The position numbers and the translations under genes are program-made. Positions 19,238 to 27,083 of a stretch of DNA of 44,971 bases are shown here, piece by piece. Numbering within the stretch: the first letter of the stretch is position 1; every line of letters starts with the position of its first letter. Below the pieces are notes generated by a model, which was not told where the DNA came from, ran no database searches, and saw only the letters and a list, made by a program, of their open reading frames with translations. Origin of the DNA: a virus (Duplodnaviria; Caudoviricetes); IMG/VR virus record IMGVR_UViG_3300018067_000117, positions 1-44,971 of that record; one strand, written 5' to 3'.

Positions 19238-19398
19238 CACGCCTTCACCTTTTTCTGCGGGGGCGGATGACCGTGACAGGTACCACACACCGCGATTTCT
19301 TGCTGCTGAACGATGAGAAACGTCCAGCCATAATCCTTCTCCAGATCCCCTTTGGATTTCCGACTCTCCCGGTCGCACTTCTCGCAGCGGTGTATCAC
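19237..19398 (-). CDS. Small Zn-finger protein
   Basis: CEKC...CGTC; GTGA coupling. Confidence 0.6.
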   Translation of the reverse strand: MIHRCEKCDRESRKSKGDLEKDYGWTFLIVQQQEIAVCGTCHGHPPPQKKVKA

Positions 19399-19604
19399 TC
19401 GACGTCGCGGGCCTTCCACACATCCCCGTCAGGGAACGTGAACGCACCCTCTTCCAACAGACCCTTGCTGTCGAGCAGATCCACCAGTTGCTGCACCTTG
19501 GCCGTCAGTTCCTTGATGACGAACTTCTGGGCCTCCGCCACGAGCGTGGGATCTTCCGGCGGCAGTTCCGGCGGGAGTTGATAGTTGACGTGTCGGTCAG
19601 TCAT
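19395..19604 (-). CDS. Hypothetical protein
   Basis: 69 aa, coupled. Confidence 0.65.
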   Translation of the reverse strand: MTDRHVNYQLPPELPPEDPTLVAEAQKFVIKELTAKVQQLVDLLDSKGLLEEGAFTFPDGDVWKARDVE

Positions 19605-19711
19605 GACTTGCTCTCCAGATGCGCCGTGTTGAACCCGAGCCGCTTGGCTTCCGCGATCATCTTCTCGCGGGGCGTCTACTTCTTCTCACTCGTCTGCTTT
19701 TTCTCACTCAT
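19601..19711 (-). pseudogene. 37-codon ORF interrupted by an in-frame TAG (19676-19678)
   Basis: MSEKKQTSEKK*TPREKMIAEAKRLGFNTAHLESKS; ATGA overlaps at both ends; TAG sits at the CAG position of a tandem repeat. Confidence 0.5.
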
Positions 19712-20028
19712 GATTTGAAAATCTCCTTCAACGGGCGTGACCGTGACGGATGCCGCAACAGTCGCAGGGCCTTCAAGCGAAGCTGGCCCACTCGACCTGT
19801 CGTGATCCCAAACTCCGGGGCCACGTCCTTCAGTCTCACCCCGTCCAACAGACACCGTCGTGCGATTGCTCGATTCCGCTCACCGCGCAGAGTCTGGTAC
19901 GGCCCCCGGAAAATCGTCTCCATCTGCACTTCCAGCGTCTCTTCAAGCTGGGACTGCTGCTCACCCGTCAACGGTGGCAACGGCTCTCCAAAAATCTCTT
20001 CGACCGTGTGGAGTGCCCGTGTCAGCAC
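19708..20028 (-). CDS. Stand-alone sigma70 region-4 HTH protein
   Basis: LKDVAPEFGITTGRVGQLRLKALRLLRHPSRSRPL resembles RpoD [30 protein letters not shown]. Confidence 0.8.
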   Translation of the reverse strand: MLTRALHTVEEIFGEPLPPLTGEQQSQLEETLEVQMETIFRGPYQTLRGERNRAIARRCLLDGVRLKDVAPEFGITTGRVGQLRLKALRLLRHPSRSRPLKEIFKS

Positions 20029-20151
20029 TCAATTACCCTTCGCCGCTTCCAGAGCGGCATACGTACAAGCCCCACTCTCACATCTATGCGCCACTAACAC
20101 GGGCGGTTCCTTCTCGTAAACGCGCTTGCACTTCGGGCACCGGAACTTCAC
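20029..20151 (-). CDS. Small Zn-ribbon protein
   Basis: GTG start; CPKC...HRC; ends AAKGN. Confidence 0.5.
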   Translation of the reverse strand: MKFRCPKCKRVYEKEPPVLVAHRCESGACTYAALEAAKGN

Positions 20152-20152
20152 T

Positions 20153-20362
20153 TCAATTTCCCTTCGCGGCGTCATACGCCAGATCGCCTTCCAGATCACA
20201 CTGCCTACAGTCAGGTGGGATGTTCCCGTGCTTGCAGGGCTTCTTCTGGCAGTCTTCGCATAGGGCATACGGCCACACGCCATCCCACAACGACGTGCCA
20301 CACGTTTGACAAAAATGCGTCGGCGGCATCGGTGGACGTCGTCGGTGTGTCAGGTCTTTCAT
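20153..20362 (-). CDS. Cys-rich small protein
   Basis: CQTC, CEDC, CKH, CRQC; SD AAGGAG; ends AAKGN. Confidence 0.65.
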   Translation of the reverse strand: MKDLTHRRRPPMPPTHFCQTCGTSLWDGVWPYALCEDCQKKPCKHGNIPPDCRQCDLEGDLAYDAAKGN

Positions 20363-20384
20363 CGCTCCTCCTTGAGCCTCACCC

Positions 20385-20414
20385 AGTCTAGCATCGCTCG
20401 TGGACGTTTGTCAA
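20385..20414 (-). promoter_or_regulatory. sigma70 promoter
   Basis: TTGACA-N18-TAGACT with TG extension. Confidence 0.75.
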
Positions 20415-20638
20415 TTCAGAATAGGCTTCTTCTCGCGCATCGCCAACGTCTGGCCGATCTGGTGAGCCGCCTCTATCGCATGCTGCAGGGCGATATGAAA
20501 ATCAATCGCCTGAGGGATGTCGAACGTCAGGTGGCCCCACCCATCTTTACCCGTGGGCAGATGCTGGATGTTGATCGACACCTTCCCCTCCGGGGTCACC
20601 GCGATTTCAATCGCCATCGGATCTTCATCAGTCGCCAT
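20411..20638 (-). CDS. Hypothetical protein
   Basis: MATDEDPMAIEIAV...; fits the operon. Confidence 0.6.
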   Translation of the reverse strand: MATDEDPMAIEIAVTPEGKVSINIQHLPTGKDGWGHLTFDIPQAIDFHIALQHAIEAAHQIGQTLAMREKKPILN

Positions 20639-20843
20639 GCACCCTCTTCTCATTCGTCTGGGCAATGTAGGCCAGCACCTCTGGCATCGTCTTCCACGAG
20701 GATCGGGTGCGGGGCGTCCAGATGTTGTTCACCAGCCACTGCTCCGTGAGCACGTAGGTCTTCGTCTGTCCACTGTACATCAACGTCCAGCGATTCAGAT
20801 CCGGAAGACTCTGCTGCTCCACCAACTCTGACCAGTCAGGCAT
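20628..20843 (-). CDS. Hypothetical protein
   Basis: MPDWSELVEQ...; purine-rich SD. Confidence 0.55.
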   Translation of the reverse strand: MPDWSELVEQQSLPDLNRWTLMYSGQTKTYVLTEQWLVNNIWTPRTRSSWKTMPEVLAYIAQTNEKRVHGD

Positions 20844-21048
20844 TCGATGGTGTCCCCTTCGTTTCAATGTCTTCCCACAGTGATCCCCACCATTCACGAT
20901 CCCGCCATGTCTCCTCAATGCCGACACCGACTGTCCCCATGACGAAGAGCTTTTCTTCATGGTGACAGATTGAACAACGACGATACAAGTTCGTGACGTA
21001 AACCCAGCGGTGAATGCCTATCTTATGAAGCATGAATTTGAGTTTCAT
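20836..21048 (-). CDS. Hypothetical Zn-binding protein
   Basis: GIHRW...RRCSIC; ATGA coupling. Confidence 0.55.
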   Translation of the reverse strand: MKLKFMLHKIGIHRWVYVTNLYRRCSICHHEEKLFVMGTVGVGIEETWRDREWWGSLWEDIETKGTPSNA

Positions 21049-21137
21049 GATTTTCCTCTGGGCTGACTCAAGACCAGCCACGCCACACCAAAGGCCACCG
21101 CTAACGTAGCAATGACAACCACGTCGAAGAGGTTCAT
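21045..21137 (-). CDS. 30-aa membrane peptide (not in the ORF track)
   Basis: MNLFDVVVIATLAVAFGVAWLVLSQPRGKS; ATGA overlaps at both ends. Confidence 0.6.
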   Translation of the reverse strand: MNLFDVVVIATLAVAFGVAWLVLSQPRGKS

Positions 21138-21511
21138 TCCTTGCTGCCCCGCTTCGCCTGTGCGGCCTCATGCACCGCTTGCGTCAGGTTCCCGTAGACG
21201 TAGAAGAAGGGCGTCACCAGTTCCCGGCACCCGTCGCAGACCAGATGCGTGGTCTTGCCGTCCGTCATCTCCGTCACAACGCCGATTCCACCCTGACACA
21301 CGAAACAGATGCCCTTCATTGTCTCTCCAATAGCTTTATGGCACGAACACTCACACTGAGAGGGACGTAGACAGGTATCGTGATGGCCCACGAAACATTG
21401 ACGGGTGACGAGCGGGTCAGCCGCGCCAGTGGTGCAATCGGCGTCACCGTTCGCCGCTTCGTCGCGTGCCGCCGCTTCGATGAATTGCCGTTCGCGTTGT
21501 TCGTCGGTCAT
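21134..21511 (-). CDS. Cys/His-rich protein
   Basis: C..GHH..C....CECSCH, then CFVC...CDGC. Confidence 0.6.
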   Translation of the reverse strand: MTDEQRERQFIEAAARDEAANGDADCTTGAADPLVTRQCFVGHHDTCLRPSQCECSCHKAIGETMKGICFVCQGGIGVVTEMTDGKTTHLVCDGCRELVTPFFYVYGNLTQAVHEAAQAKRGSKE

Positions 21512-21645
21512 GGAGCCCCCGTGGTCAGCCCGCCGCGTTTCGGACAGGCCCAATTGAGGTGTTGCCACAAGGCCAGCGACAACGTGGCCGAGGCGACCTG
21601 CTTGACGGTCACGCCGCACAACGGGCAATCGATTTCGTCAGTCAT
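21508..21645 (-). CDS. Small C2HC Zn-finger protein (45 aa, not in the ORF track)
   Basis: MTDEIDCPLCG...LWQHLNWAC; ATGA coupling. Confidence 0.55.
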   Translation of the reverse strand: MTDEIDCPLCGVTVKQVASATLSLALWQHLNWACPKRGGLTTGAP

Positions 21646-21662
21646 GGTGCCGCCCCCTGTCA

Positions 21663-21851
21663 TCACCATCTCCCTGCACTTGATTGCACTTCCCGCAGAA
21701 CCGCATTCGGCACCATCGACCGATCCCCGTTCTCGTACTCGATGCGGTAGAACACCGTCAGGCCCAGCGGGAGGACTTCAATCACCTGCACCTGTTCCCC
21801 CGTGTCCACCCGTTTCGCCACCTGATTGACTTTGAACACTCTCGTGACCAC
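21663..21851 (-). CDS. Small SH3/KOW-like protein
   Basis: FKVNQVAKRVDTGEQVQVIEV...YRIEYENG. Confidence 0.55.
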   Translation of the reverse strand: MVTRVFKVNQVAKRVDTGEQVQVIEVLPLGLTVFYRIEYENGDRSMVPNAVLREVQSSAGRW

Positions 21852-22164
21852 GTTTGTTCCTCTGCTTCCATGCTGCTGCCACCGCTCGACTGATCCGAGT
21901 GGGCGTATTGTCCTGCACCAGCACCACGAGCCCAATCCGCTGAGCAATCTGGCCCAGTGCAAAATCATCCTTGTGCCGTGCCCAGAACCCCGCACAACAC
22001 GCCGTGTGCGAACTGTGGCAGACGCGGTAGCCCTCAAAGTCACCGCGTTTCGACCGCACTCGGTCTTCCAGCATCTCCGGGTCCAGCGGAGACTTCGGCT
22101 GATAGACACAGGTCGCACACATCTGGGTTTGCACCCGCAGTCCCGCCGCCTTATTTTTTGGCAT
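21778..22164 (-). CDS. Cys-rich phage protein
   Basis: MCATCVY...CHS...CCAGFW. Confidence 0.6.
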   Translation of the reverse strand: MPKNKAAGLRVQTQMCATCVYQPKSPLDPEMLEDRVRSKRGDFEGYRVCHSSHTACCAGFWARHKDDFALGQIAQRIGLVVLVQDNTPTRISRAVAAAWKQRNKRGHESVQSQSGGETGGHGGTGAGD

Positions 22165-22399
22165 TCACCCACGCCTCTGCTGCCGCCTTGTCCCGGTGCG
22201 TCTCCACCGTCACGGCCTTACCGTTGACCCGCTGCTTCAGGGCCCAGACCTCCACCGCATCGAACCGGTGGTCACCAAGGGACCGCTTGACGTTCCGGCC
22301 CGTGGCCCAGCGGGAGCCGTCCGGGCTCTCCAACCGCTGGGGGTGGGCCTCAATCTGGTTGGGGCCACGGCTGATGCCCTTGCGCCAGTTGTACATCAT
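22151..22399 (-). CDS. Hypothetical protein
   Basis: SD GAAGGAG; ATGA coupling. Confidence 0.6.
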   Translation of the reverse strand: MMYNWRKGISRGPNQIEAHPQRLESPDGSRWATGRNVKRSLGDHRFDAVEVWALKQRVNGKAVTVETHRDKAAAEAWVNAKK

Positions 22400-22593
22400 C
22401 GCTGCTCCTTCACCCACGTCACCGTGCCGGTGCCCTGTGCTCGCAGGTACTGCTCGACATACACCGAATGCCGCTTGCAGAAGTGCTTCGTGCCCTTGTC
22501 GGTCGTGAGGGTCACCACCACCTTCCCCTTGCAGGGACGGGTCTGCGTAAACCGGCCCACACCGTGCTCCGCGACTGGCGTTGAACATTCCAT
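22396..22593 (-). CDS. Small Cys/His protein (probably leaderless)
   Basis: MEC...PCKG...FCKRH; ATG 8 nt below the -10 box. Confidence 0.6.
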   Translation of the reverse strand: MECSTPVAEHGVGRFTQTRPCKGKVVVTLTTDKGTKHFCKRHSVYVEQYLRAQGTGTVTWVKEQR

Positions 22594-22600
22594 ACCTACG

Positions 22601-22629
22601 ATTATCGCACCAATGGAATAATTTGTCAA
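22601..22629 (-). promoter_or_regulatory. sigma70 promoter
   Basis: TTGACA-N17-GATAAT with TG extension. Confidence 0.75.
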
Positions 22630-22637
22630 GATGACGC

Positions 22638-23054
22638 TCACAGTGTTCCTGCGTCCTGAGCCGCCTGCCTGCGCGCCTCCCGCTCCTCCAGCACTGCTGC
22701 CGTGCCCTTGAGGGTCCGGATTACCTTCTGCTCGTACTCGCCCGTCAAAGCCGCCCCGTAGGCCGCTTCGAAGGCGGCAATCTTCTCGCTGTCCGCGTAG
22801 GTGATCCCGGCGTTCTCGACGTAGCCCGTGCTGTCGTCAATGAAGAGCACCCGGAGGTTCGTGTAGGTGGACGCCTTGGGCTTGTTCCAGACGATCCCCG
22901 GACGCTTGGGGTTCGTGGTCTGGCTGACCACCCGCTGGCCGTGCTTGGTGGTTTCGATCCAGTAGCGAATCTGGCACCGCAGGCGGAAGCCGTAGGGATA
23001 ATCCGCGACGACGTAGGCGGTTTCGGGTGAGGTGTGGCCAGTCAGAACGGTCAT
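22638..23054 (-). CDS. Conserved phage early protein
   Basis: DYPYGFRLRCQIRYWIET...QTTNPK...WNKPKASTY. Confidence 0.8.
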   Translation of the reverse strand: MTVLTGHTSPETAYVVADYPYGFRLRCQIRYWIETTKHGQRVVSQTTNPKRPGIVWNKPKASTYTNLRVLFIDDSTGYVENAGITYADSEKIAAFEAAYGAALTGEYEQKVIRTLKGTAAVLEEREARRQAAQDAGTL

Positions 23055-23081
23055 GTGTCACTCCTTTGACGTGAGGAAACC

Positions 23082-23111
23082 AGTATAGCAAACAGGCGGA
23101 GAGTTTGTCAA
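23082..23111 (-). promoter_or_regulatory. sigma70 promoter
   Basis: TTGACA-N18-TATACT with TG extension. Confidence 0.85.
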
Positions 23112-23126
23112 ACTCCCCGTCTTATC

Positions 23127-23654
23127 TCAGCCTTTCACAATTTTGATGATGGCGAGTGCCTGTGCTTCCGTGAGCCCACTCAGTTCGAACCCAAATACCG
23201 GAATACCCTGATTTTCGTAGACGTTCATCTTCTTCAGGTGAGCCCACCGTGGCTGAGTATTGGGCCACTCGACTTGACCCAGATCCGCAATTGCCGCCGT
23301 GACCGTGGCACTGCTAACTGCCATCCGGGCGTCATACTCCGCCTGCTGGGCGAGATACTTCTGCACACAGGCATCGTTCTCGGCCTTCTCCGCCACCATC
23401 TTGCGGATTTGCTTGACGATATGCGCCTTGTCCTGCACCTTCCGAAAGCGGTTCTTGCTCGCATGTCGGCTGTAGCCAGACCGCACGATCACCGCTGTGA
23501 TGACCCGGTCACCGCCCGTGTAAGGGCATTCAGCGTAGACTTCCAAGCCCCCCACCAACACTCCCGCGCCTTGCCTCACCGCCCCAAGGTCCGACAGGAG
23601 GGCCACCAGTTCATCGCTGTAGGCGTCCTGCACGCTCGTATCCGGCTTCCACAT
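23127..23654 (-). CDS. Hypothetical early protein
   Basis: SD AAGGAG before ATG 23654. Confidence 0.7.
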   Translation of the reverse strand: MWKPDTSVQDAYSDELVALLSDLGAVRQGAGVLVGGLEVYAECPYTGGDRVITAVIVRSGYSRHASKNRFRKVQDKAHIVKQIRKMVAEKAENDACVQKYLAQQAEYDARMAVSSATVTAAIADLGQVEWPNTQPRWAHLKKMNVYENQGIPVFGFELSGLTEAQALAIIKIVKG

Positions 23655-23690
23655 GCTGCCCTCCTTGGCAATTGATTGCCGACTCCACCC

Positions 23691-23720
23691 AGTGTAGCAA
23701 GGGGCCGGAGGATTTGTCAA
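23691..23720 (-). promoter_or_regulatory. sigma70 promoter
   Basis: TTGACA-N18-TACACT with TG extension. Confidence 0.8.
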
Positions 23721-23739
23721 ACCCCCCGCCCCTGTCGTC

Positions 23740-24597
23740 TTACGCTGCCGCCTTGACCACGCCCACCAGCGACGGGCGCGAACCGAAGCCGAAGCTCTTG
23801 TCGTCCTTCGACGCTTCGAAGGTGGCCGTCACCGTGATGCTGTCCCCACGGTCAGCGTCAGCCTTGCTGGGCACCGTCAACCAGACTCTGGAGTTGTTCT
23901 CCAGCTTCAGGAGCATCTTGCGGACGTAGCCACCGGGCGCGAAGTCTGACGGCTGGTCCTTCAGGCTCAGGATGACCCCGGTCACCGTCTGACGGCCCAC
24001 CGGGGCCTCACCCTTGACCTCTGCCGCCTCCACCACCGCCTGCTGGGCCTTCTGGGCGTCCCGTGCAATCGCGGAGAGGACTGCCGCCACCTGACGCTCG
24101 CTCAGGCTCCCGTAGAGCCCCAGCTTGGCTACGACGTCCTTCACGAAGGGGTTGGAGCCCGTGTAGGGCAGCACCGCTGCGAACGCGGGGGTGGCCTTCA
24201 GGAAGGCTTCGCGGGCGTTCCACACCTTGATGCGGACCTTGTTCGCCGCATCCTTCGCCTGCAACTGGGCCAGCTTGAAGGTCTTCTGGTCCACGAATTC
24301 CAGCCGCTTGGTGCAGTCCGCGCCGAAGACCACCACCGCGCCCGTGGGGAGGTACTTCACGACCGTCAGCCAGCGGAGGGGGTTGTGCCCGCAGTGGACG
24401 CACTTGCGGACGTTCTTCGTCTTCCAGTCCGCGCCGAAGGCTCGCACCATGTCGGCTTCCCAGAACTTCACGTCTTCCGCGAACGCTTCGACGCCCTGTC
24501 CGAAGTAGACCGGACGCTTGCCGTCGAGGTAATCGAGCACCTCGTACTGGGCCGGATCGAAGTGCGTGGGGTTGTGGACGGTGGGAACGTGTGCCAT
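23740..24597 (-). CDS. Zn-ribbon + OB-fold-like phage protein
   Basis: CVHCG...FGADC; GSLSERQ helix; C-term GRQTVTGVIL...GDSITVTATF...FGFGSRP. Confidence 0.7.
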   Translation of the reverse strand: MAHVPTVHNPTHFDPAQYEVLDYLDGKRPVYFGQGVEAFAEDVKFWEADMVRAFGADWKTKNVRKCVHCGHNPLRWLTVVKYLPTGAVVVFGADCTKRLEFVDQKTFKLAQLQAKDAANKVRIKVWNAREAFLKATPAFAAVLPYTGSNPFVKDVVAKLGLYGSLSERQVAAVLSAIARDAQKAQQAVVEAAEVKGEAPVGRQTVTGVILSLKDQPSDFAPGGYVRKMLLKLENNSRVWLTVPSKADADRGDSITVTATFEASKDDKSFGFGSRPSLVGVVKAAA

Positions 24598-24663
24598 GTT
24601 TTGCGTCTCCTGAAGCGCCCCACTCCTTGGGGCTGGGTTGCCGTAGCGCCGACTGACAAGACC

Positions 24664-24692
24664 AGTATGACACAGGCCGGGGGATTTGTCAA
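24664..24692 (-). promoter_or_regulatory. sigma70 promoter
   Basis: TTGACA-N17-CATACT with TG extension. Confidence 0.75.
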
Positions 24693-24982
24693 ATCGCCTG
24701 TGGTGCATCCGATTGCACCGACTCGACCAGTTGCCACTGCGACGAGTAGACCACCCCGTTGATGCCCCAGCCGTTCTTGTAGAGCCACGACTGCGACTGT
24801 GAGCCGGGAACGAGCTTCAGGAGGCCCTTCTTCATCAGGCTGACCGCCGCATTGTGACGGCGGACGCCGAAGTGCCGCTTGCGCCCGCTGGGGCCTTGGC
24901 ACCCGTGGTCGATGCCCACGTAGTGCCACGGGTTGCGGGTCACTTCGTCCAGCAGTTCCTGTTCTGACTTGTTCAACTTCAT
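24689..24982 (-). CDS. Hypothetical protein (possible winged helix)
   Basis: MKLNKSEQELL...AAVSLMKKGLLKL; SD AAGGAG. Confidence 0.65.
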   Translation of the reverse strand: MKLNKSEQELLDEVTRNPWHYVGIDHGCQGPSGRKRHFGVRRHNAAVSLMKKGLLKLVPGSQSQSWLYKNGWGINGVVYSSQWQLVESVQSDAPQAI

Positions 24983-25192
24983 CGCCGCCCCTCCTTGGGC
25001 CTAAATTACGGGAATTTCATTCCGGGGTGACCCTGCCCGCCACAGGAGTCCGCCACCCCGAAGGTCCGCGCTCGTTTGCCGATTCAGATGGGGCCACGGT
25101 ACCTGTCGCCCTGTCGGTTTGGTTGCCCTCCCCGCTCGCTCACCCTACTCCCGGCTCTTGTTATCGCCTCACTCGTGCCTCCCTTCAACCGA
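24983..25192 (-). ncRNA. Candidate structured leader / small RNA
   Basis: About 210 nt between promoter and ATG, no long ORF, long stem TTCGGGGTGGC...GTCACCCCGGAA. Confidence 0.35.
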
Positions 25193-25197
25193 GAACC

Positions 25198-25226
25198 AGT
25201 ATGACACTATCCAAAGGATTTGTCAA
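25198..25226 (-). promoter_or_regulatory. sigma70 promoter
   Basis: TTGACA-N17-CATACT with TG extension. Confidence 0.75.
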
Positions 25227-25689
25227 ATCGGGGGACCAGACTCTCCATCTTCTGGCCTCGCTGGCTCCGCTTCGTCGGTACCCGCATCAGGGTATGCAGC
25301 GCCCGCTCATATCGTCGCCGCATGCTCACCGGGAGCCTGTCCAGCGTCTCGTCTCGGAGATGGTCCTGTAGGTCCGCGATCTTCACCACCAGCGCCAGCA
25401 GGTTCCGCTTGGCCCGAAGAGTTTCGATGTACTCCGCGTAGGTTTCGCTGCCTCTGGTCAGGAGCAGGACGGCATCGGCAATCGCCGGGGCAATCCCGGC
25501 CTTCTCCAGATCACGATGGGTCAGGTCGCTGTCTTCCAGCACGTCATGGAGCCACGCCACCTCTTTGGCCTCTGGGCTGTCCACCAGCGCCACCACTCGC
25601 TCTAAGTGCTGGACGTAGGGATGCCCGCCCCACTTCTCGACTTGACCCTCATGGGCCTTTCGCGCAATCTGTTCTGCAATTGAGTGCAT
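25207..25689 (-). CDS. Small alarmone hydrolase-like (RelA/SpoT/Mesh1 HD domain)
   Basis: AHEGQ..K...PYVQH...V, AWLHDVLED, LLTR, VKIADLQDHL. Confidence 0.85.
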   Translation of the reverse strand: MHSIAEQIARKAHEGQVEKWGGHPYVQHLERVVALVDSPEAKEVAWLHDVLEDSDLTHRDLEKAGIAPAIADAVLLLTRGSETYAEYIETLRAKRNLLALVVKIADLQDHLRDETLDRLPVSMRRRYERALHTLMRVPTKRSQRGQKMESLVPRFDKSFG

Positions 25690-25721
25690 CCTGTGCTCCG
25701 CTCTGATAAACTTCAAGGTTC

Positions 25722-25751
25722 AGTGTCTCACAATGCATTGGAATTTGTCAA
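25722..25751 (-). promoter_or_regulatory. sigma70-like promoter
   Basis: TTGACA-N18-GACACT. Confidence 0.55.
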
Positions 25752-25763
25752 CTGGAGGCTGTG

Positions 25764-26021
25764 ATGACTGACGCTCCCGACAAGCCCGAAGGTGATATCC
25801 CTGCCAAGCAGAATATCACCCGTGACAAGCTCTTGAGTTTCGTGCCGTCTTACCGGGCCGGATACACCTCTTCCGGGGGCCGGGACGTGGACATCACCGA
25901 TCAACAGATCGTCCAGAAGATGGAAGCCGCCAAGGTCTGGAACGAGTCCTTGGCCGAGCAGACCGGTCGTCAGGACGGCTTCGACGCCCGCGAAAACGCC
26001 AAGAAACAAGGCCATTGGTAA
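25764..26021 (+). CDS. Hypothetical protein (divergent orientation)
   Basis: SD GGAGG; followed by a hairpin. Confidence 0.7.
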   Translation: MTDAPDKPEGDIPAKQNITRDKLLSFVPSYRAGYTSSGGRDVDITDQQIVQKMEAAKVWNESLAEQTGRQDGFDARENAKKQGHW

Positions 26022-26030
26022 CCCCTGACG

Positions 26031-26050
26031 GGCGGGGCTTCGGTCCCGCT
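26031..26050. terminator. Hairpin between convergent genes
   Basis: GGCGGGGC-TTCG-GTCCCGCT. Confidence 0.6.
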
Positions 26051-26925
26051 CACCTTCTCCGCTTCCGGGGCAACGTGGCTGCGAATGTCCGCAGTTCATC
26101 CCGGTGGTTGTGCGCCCATTCGTGCTCCTGCATCTCCACCATGTAGTCTTCGAACAGAATCAGTTCCGCATCATCATCGAGCGTGAGGCTCTTGACTTCC
26201 TCCCACCCCTTCGTTGCCACAATTTTTTCGCCCAGCCGATACAGGGCCTCTTCATACACGCGCTTGCGGCCCGCGAGATAGGCATCAAACTCGTGCTCGT
26301 CTATCGCGTCTCCCGGTACCCATTCCCCGCGATACCAGACTTCAAACGCCTTGCAGTCCTGCAACGACACCGCTTGATCCGTGGCCAGCCAATCCGGTGG
26401 ATGGCCCCGTTGAGCCATGTACTCCCGTTGCACCGTGGGCGTGGTGTTCCGCTGCAGGTAATCGTTCCACCGGAGCTTCGCCACACTAGCAGGCGCACCG
26501 AAGCGGATCAGGCCCTGTCCCGCCAACTCCGTAATCGCCCGCCCGGTGGGAGGCAGCTTGCGAAAACCACGAGGCCGGGGATCCTTGATGCACGAATGCT
26601 CCCACTTCGGGTTCCACGAGAACCACAACAGCGGATTGGGCTCATTGATCGCTACGCTCAGCCGCTTGGAATTGCGGGGCCGGAGGACGTTCGTCGCCAG
26701 AATGTTGTCCAGATATTTCCCGATGGTGTAGTGATACACCAGCGGCATCTTGGGGCCTTCGGTGTGCCCGACGTGCCACGCCGCACACTGGGGACAGGGA
26801 TAGACGTTCAGGCCCTTCGACCGATGCGCCTCCCCGGCCAGATAGTTCTTGTAAACGAGCTTCTTCTGATGCTCCAGTGCCGCCTCACGGGTGGCGTGCG
26901 GCACCTTCCCCGTGGGACAGGCCAT
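26050..26925 (-). CDS. Zn-finger + putative ADP-ribosyltransferase-fold protein
   Basis: CPTGK...YPCPQCAAWHVGH, then VYHYT...ILATNVLRP...LLWFS. Confidence 0.55.
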   Translation of the reverse strand: MACPTGKVPHATREAALEHQKKLVYKNYLAGEAHRSKGLNVYPCPQCAAWHVGHTEGPKMPLVYHYTIGKYLDNILATNVLRPRNSKRLSVAINEPNPLLWFSWNPKWEHSCIKDPRPRGFRKLPPTGRAITELAGQGLIRFGAPASVAKLRWNDYLQRNTTPTVQREYMAQRGHPPDWLATDQAVSLQDCKAFEVWYRGEWVPGDAIDEHEFDAYLAGRKRVYEEALYRLGEKIVATKGWEEVKSLTLDDDAELILFEDYMVEMQEHEWAHNHRDELRTFAATLPRKRRR

Positions 26926-27083
26926 CAGCGCACCCCACAGTTCGGGTAGCCGCACTTGCGGTCCAGATACTGCCGATCCTTCGCCGCTTGTGCCGCTGCC
27001 GCGCCGGGGTGGAGCAACGCTCCACAACCTCGGCCCACTACGCAGATGAGAATCACCACGCCGATCAGTGTTGTGAACTTCAT
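26925..27083 (-). CDS. Small exported/lipoprotein-like protein
   Basis: MKFTTLIGVVILICVVGRGC; coupled at both ends. Confidence 0.6.
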   Translation of the reverse strand: MKFTTLIGVVILICVVGRGCGALLHPGAAAAQAAKDRQYLDRKCGYPNCGVR

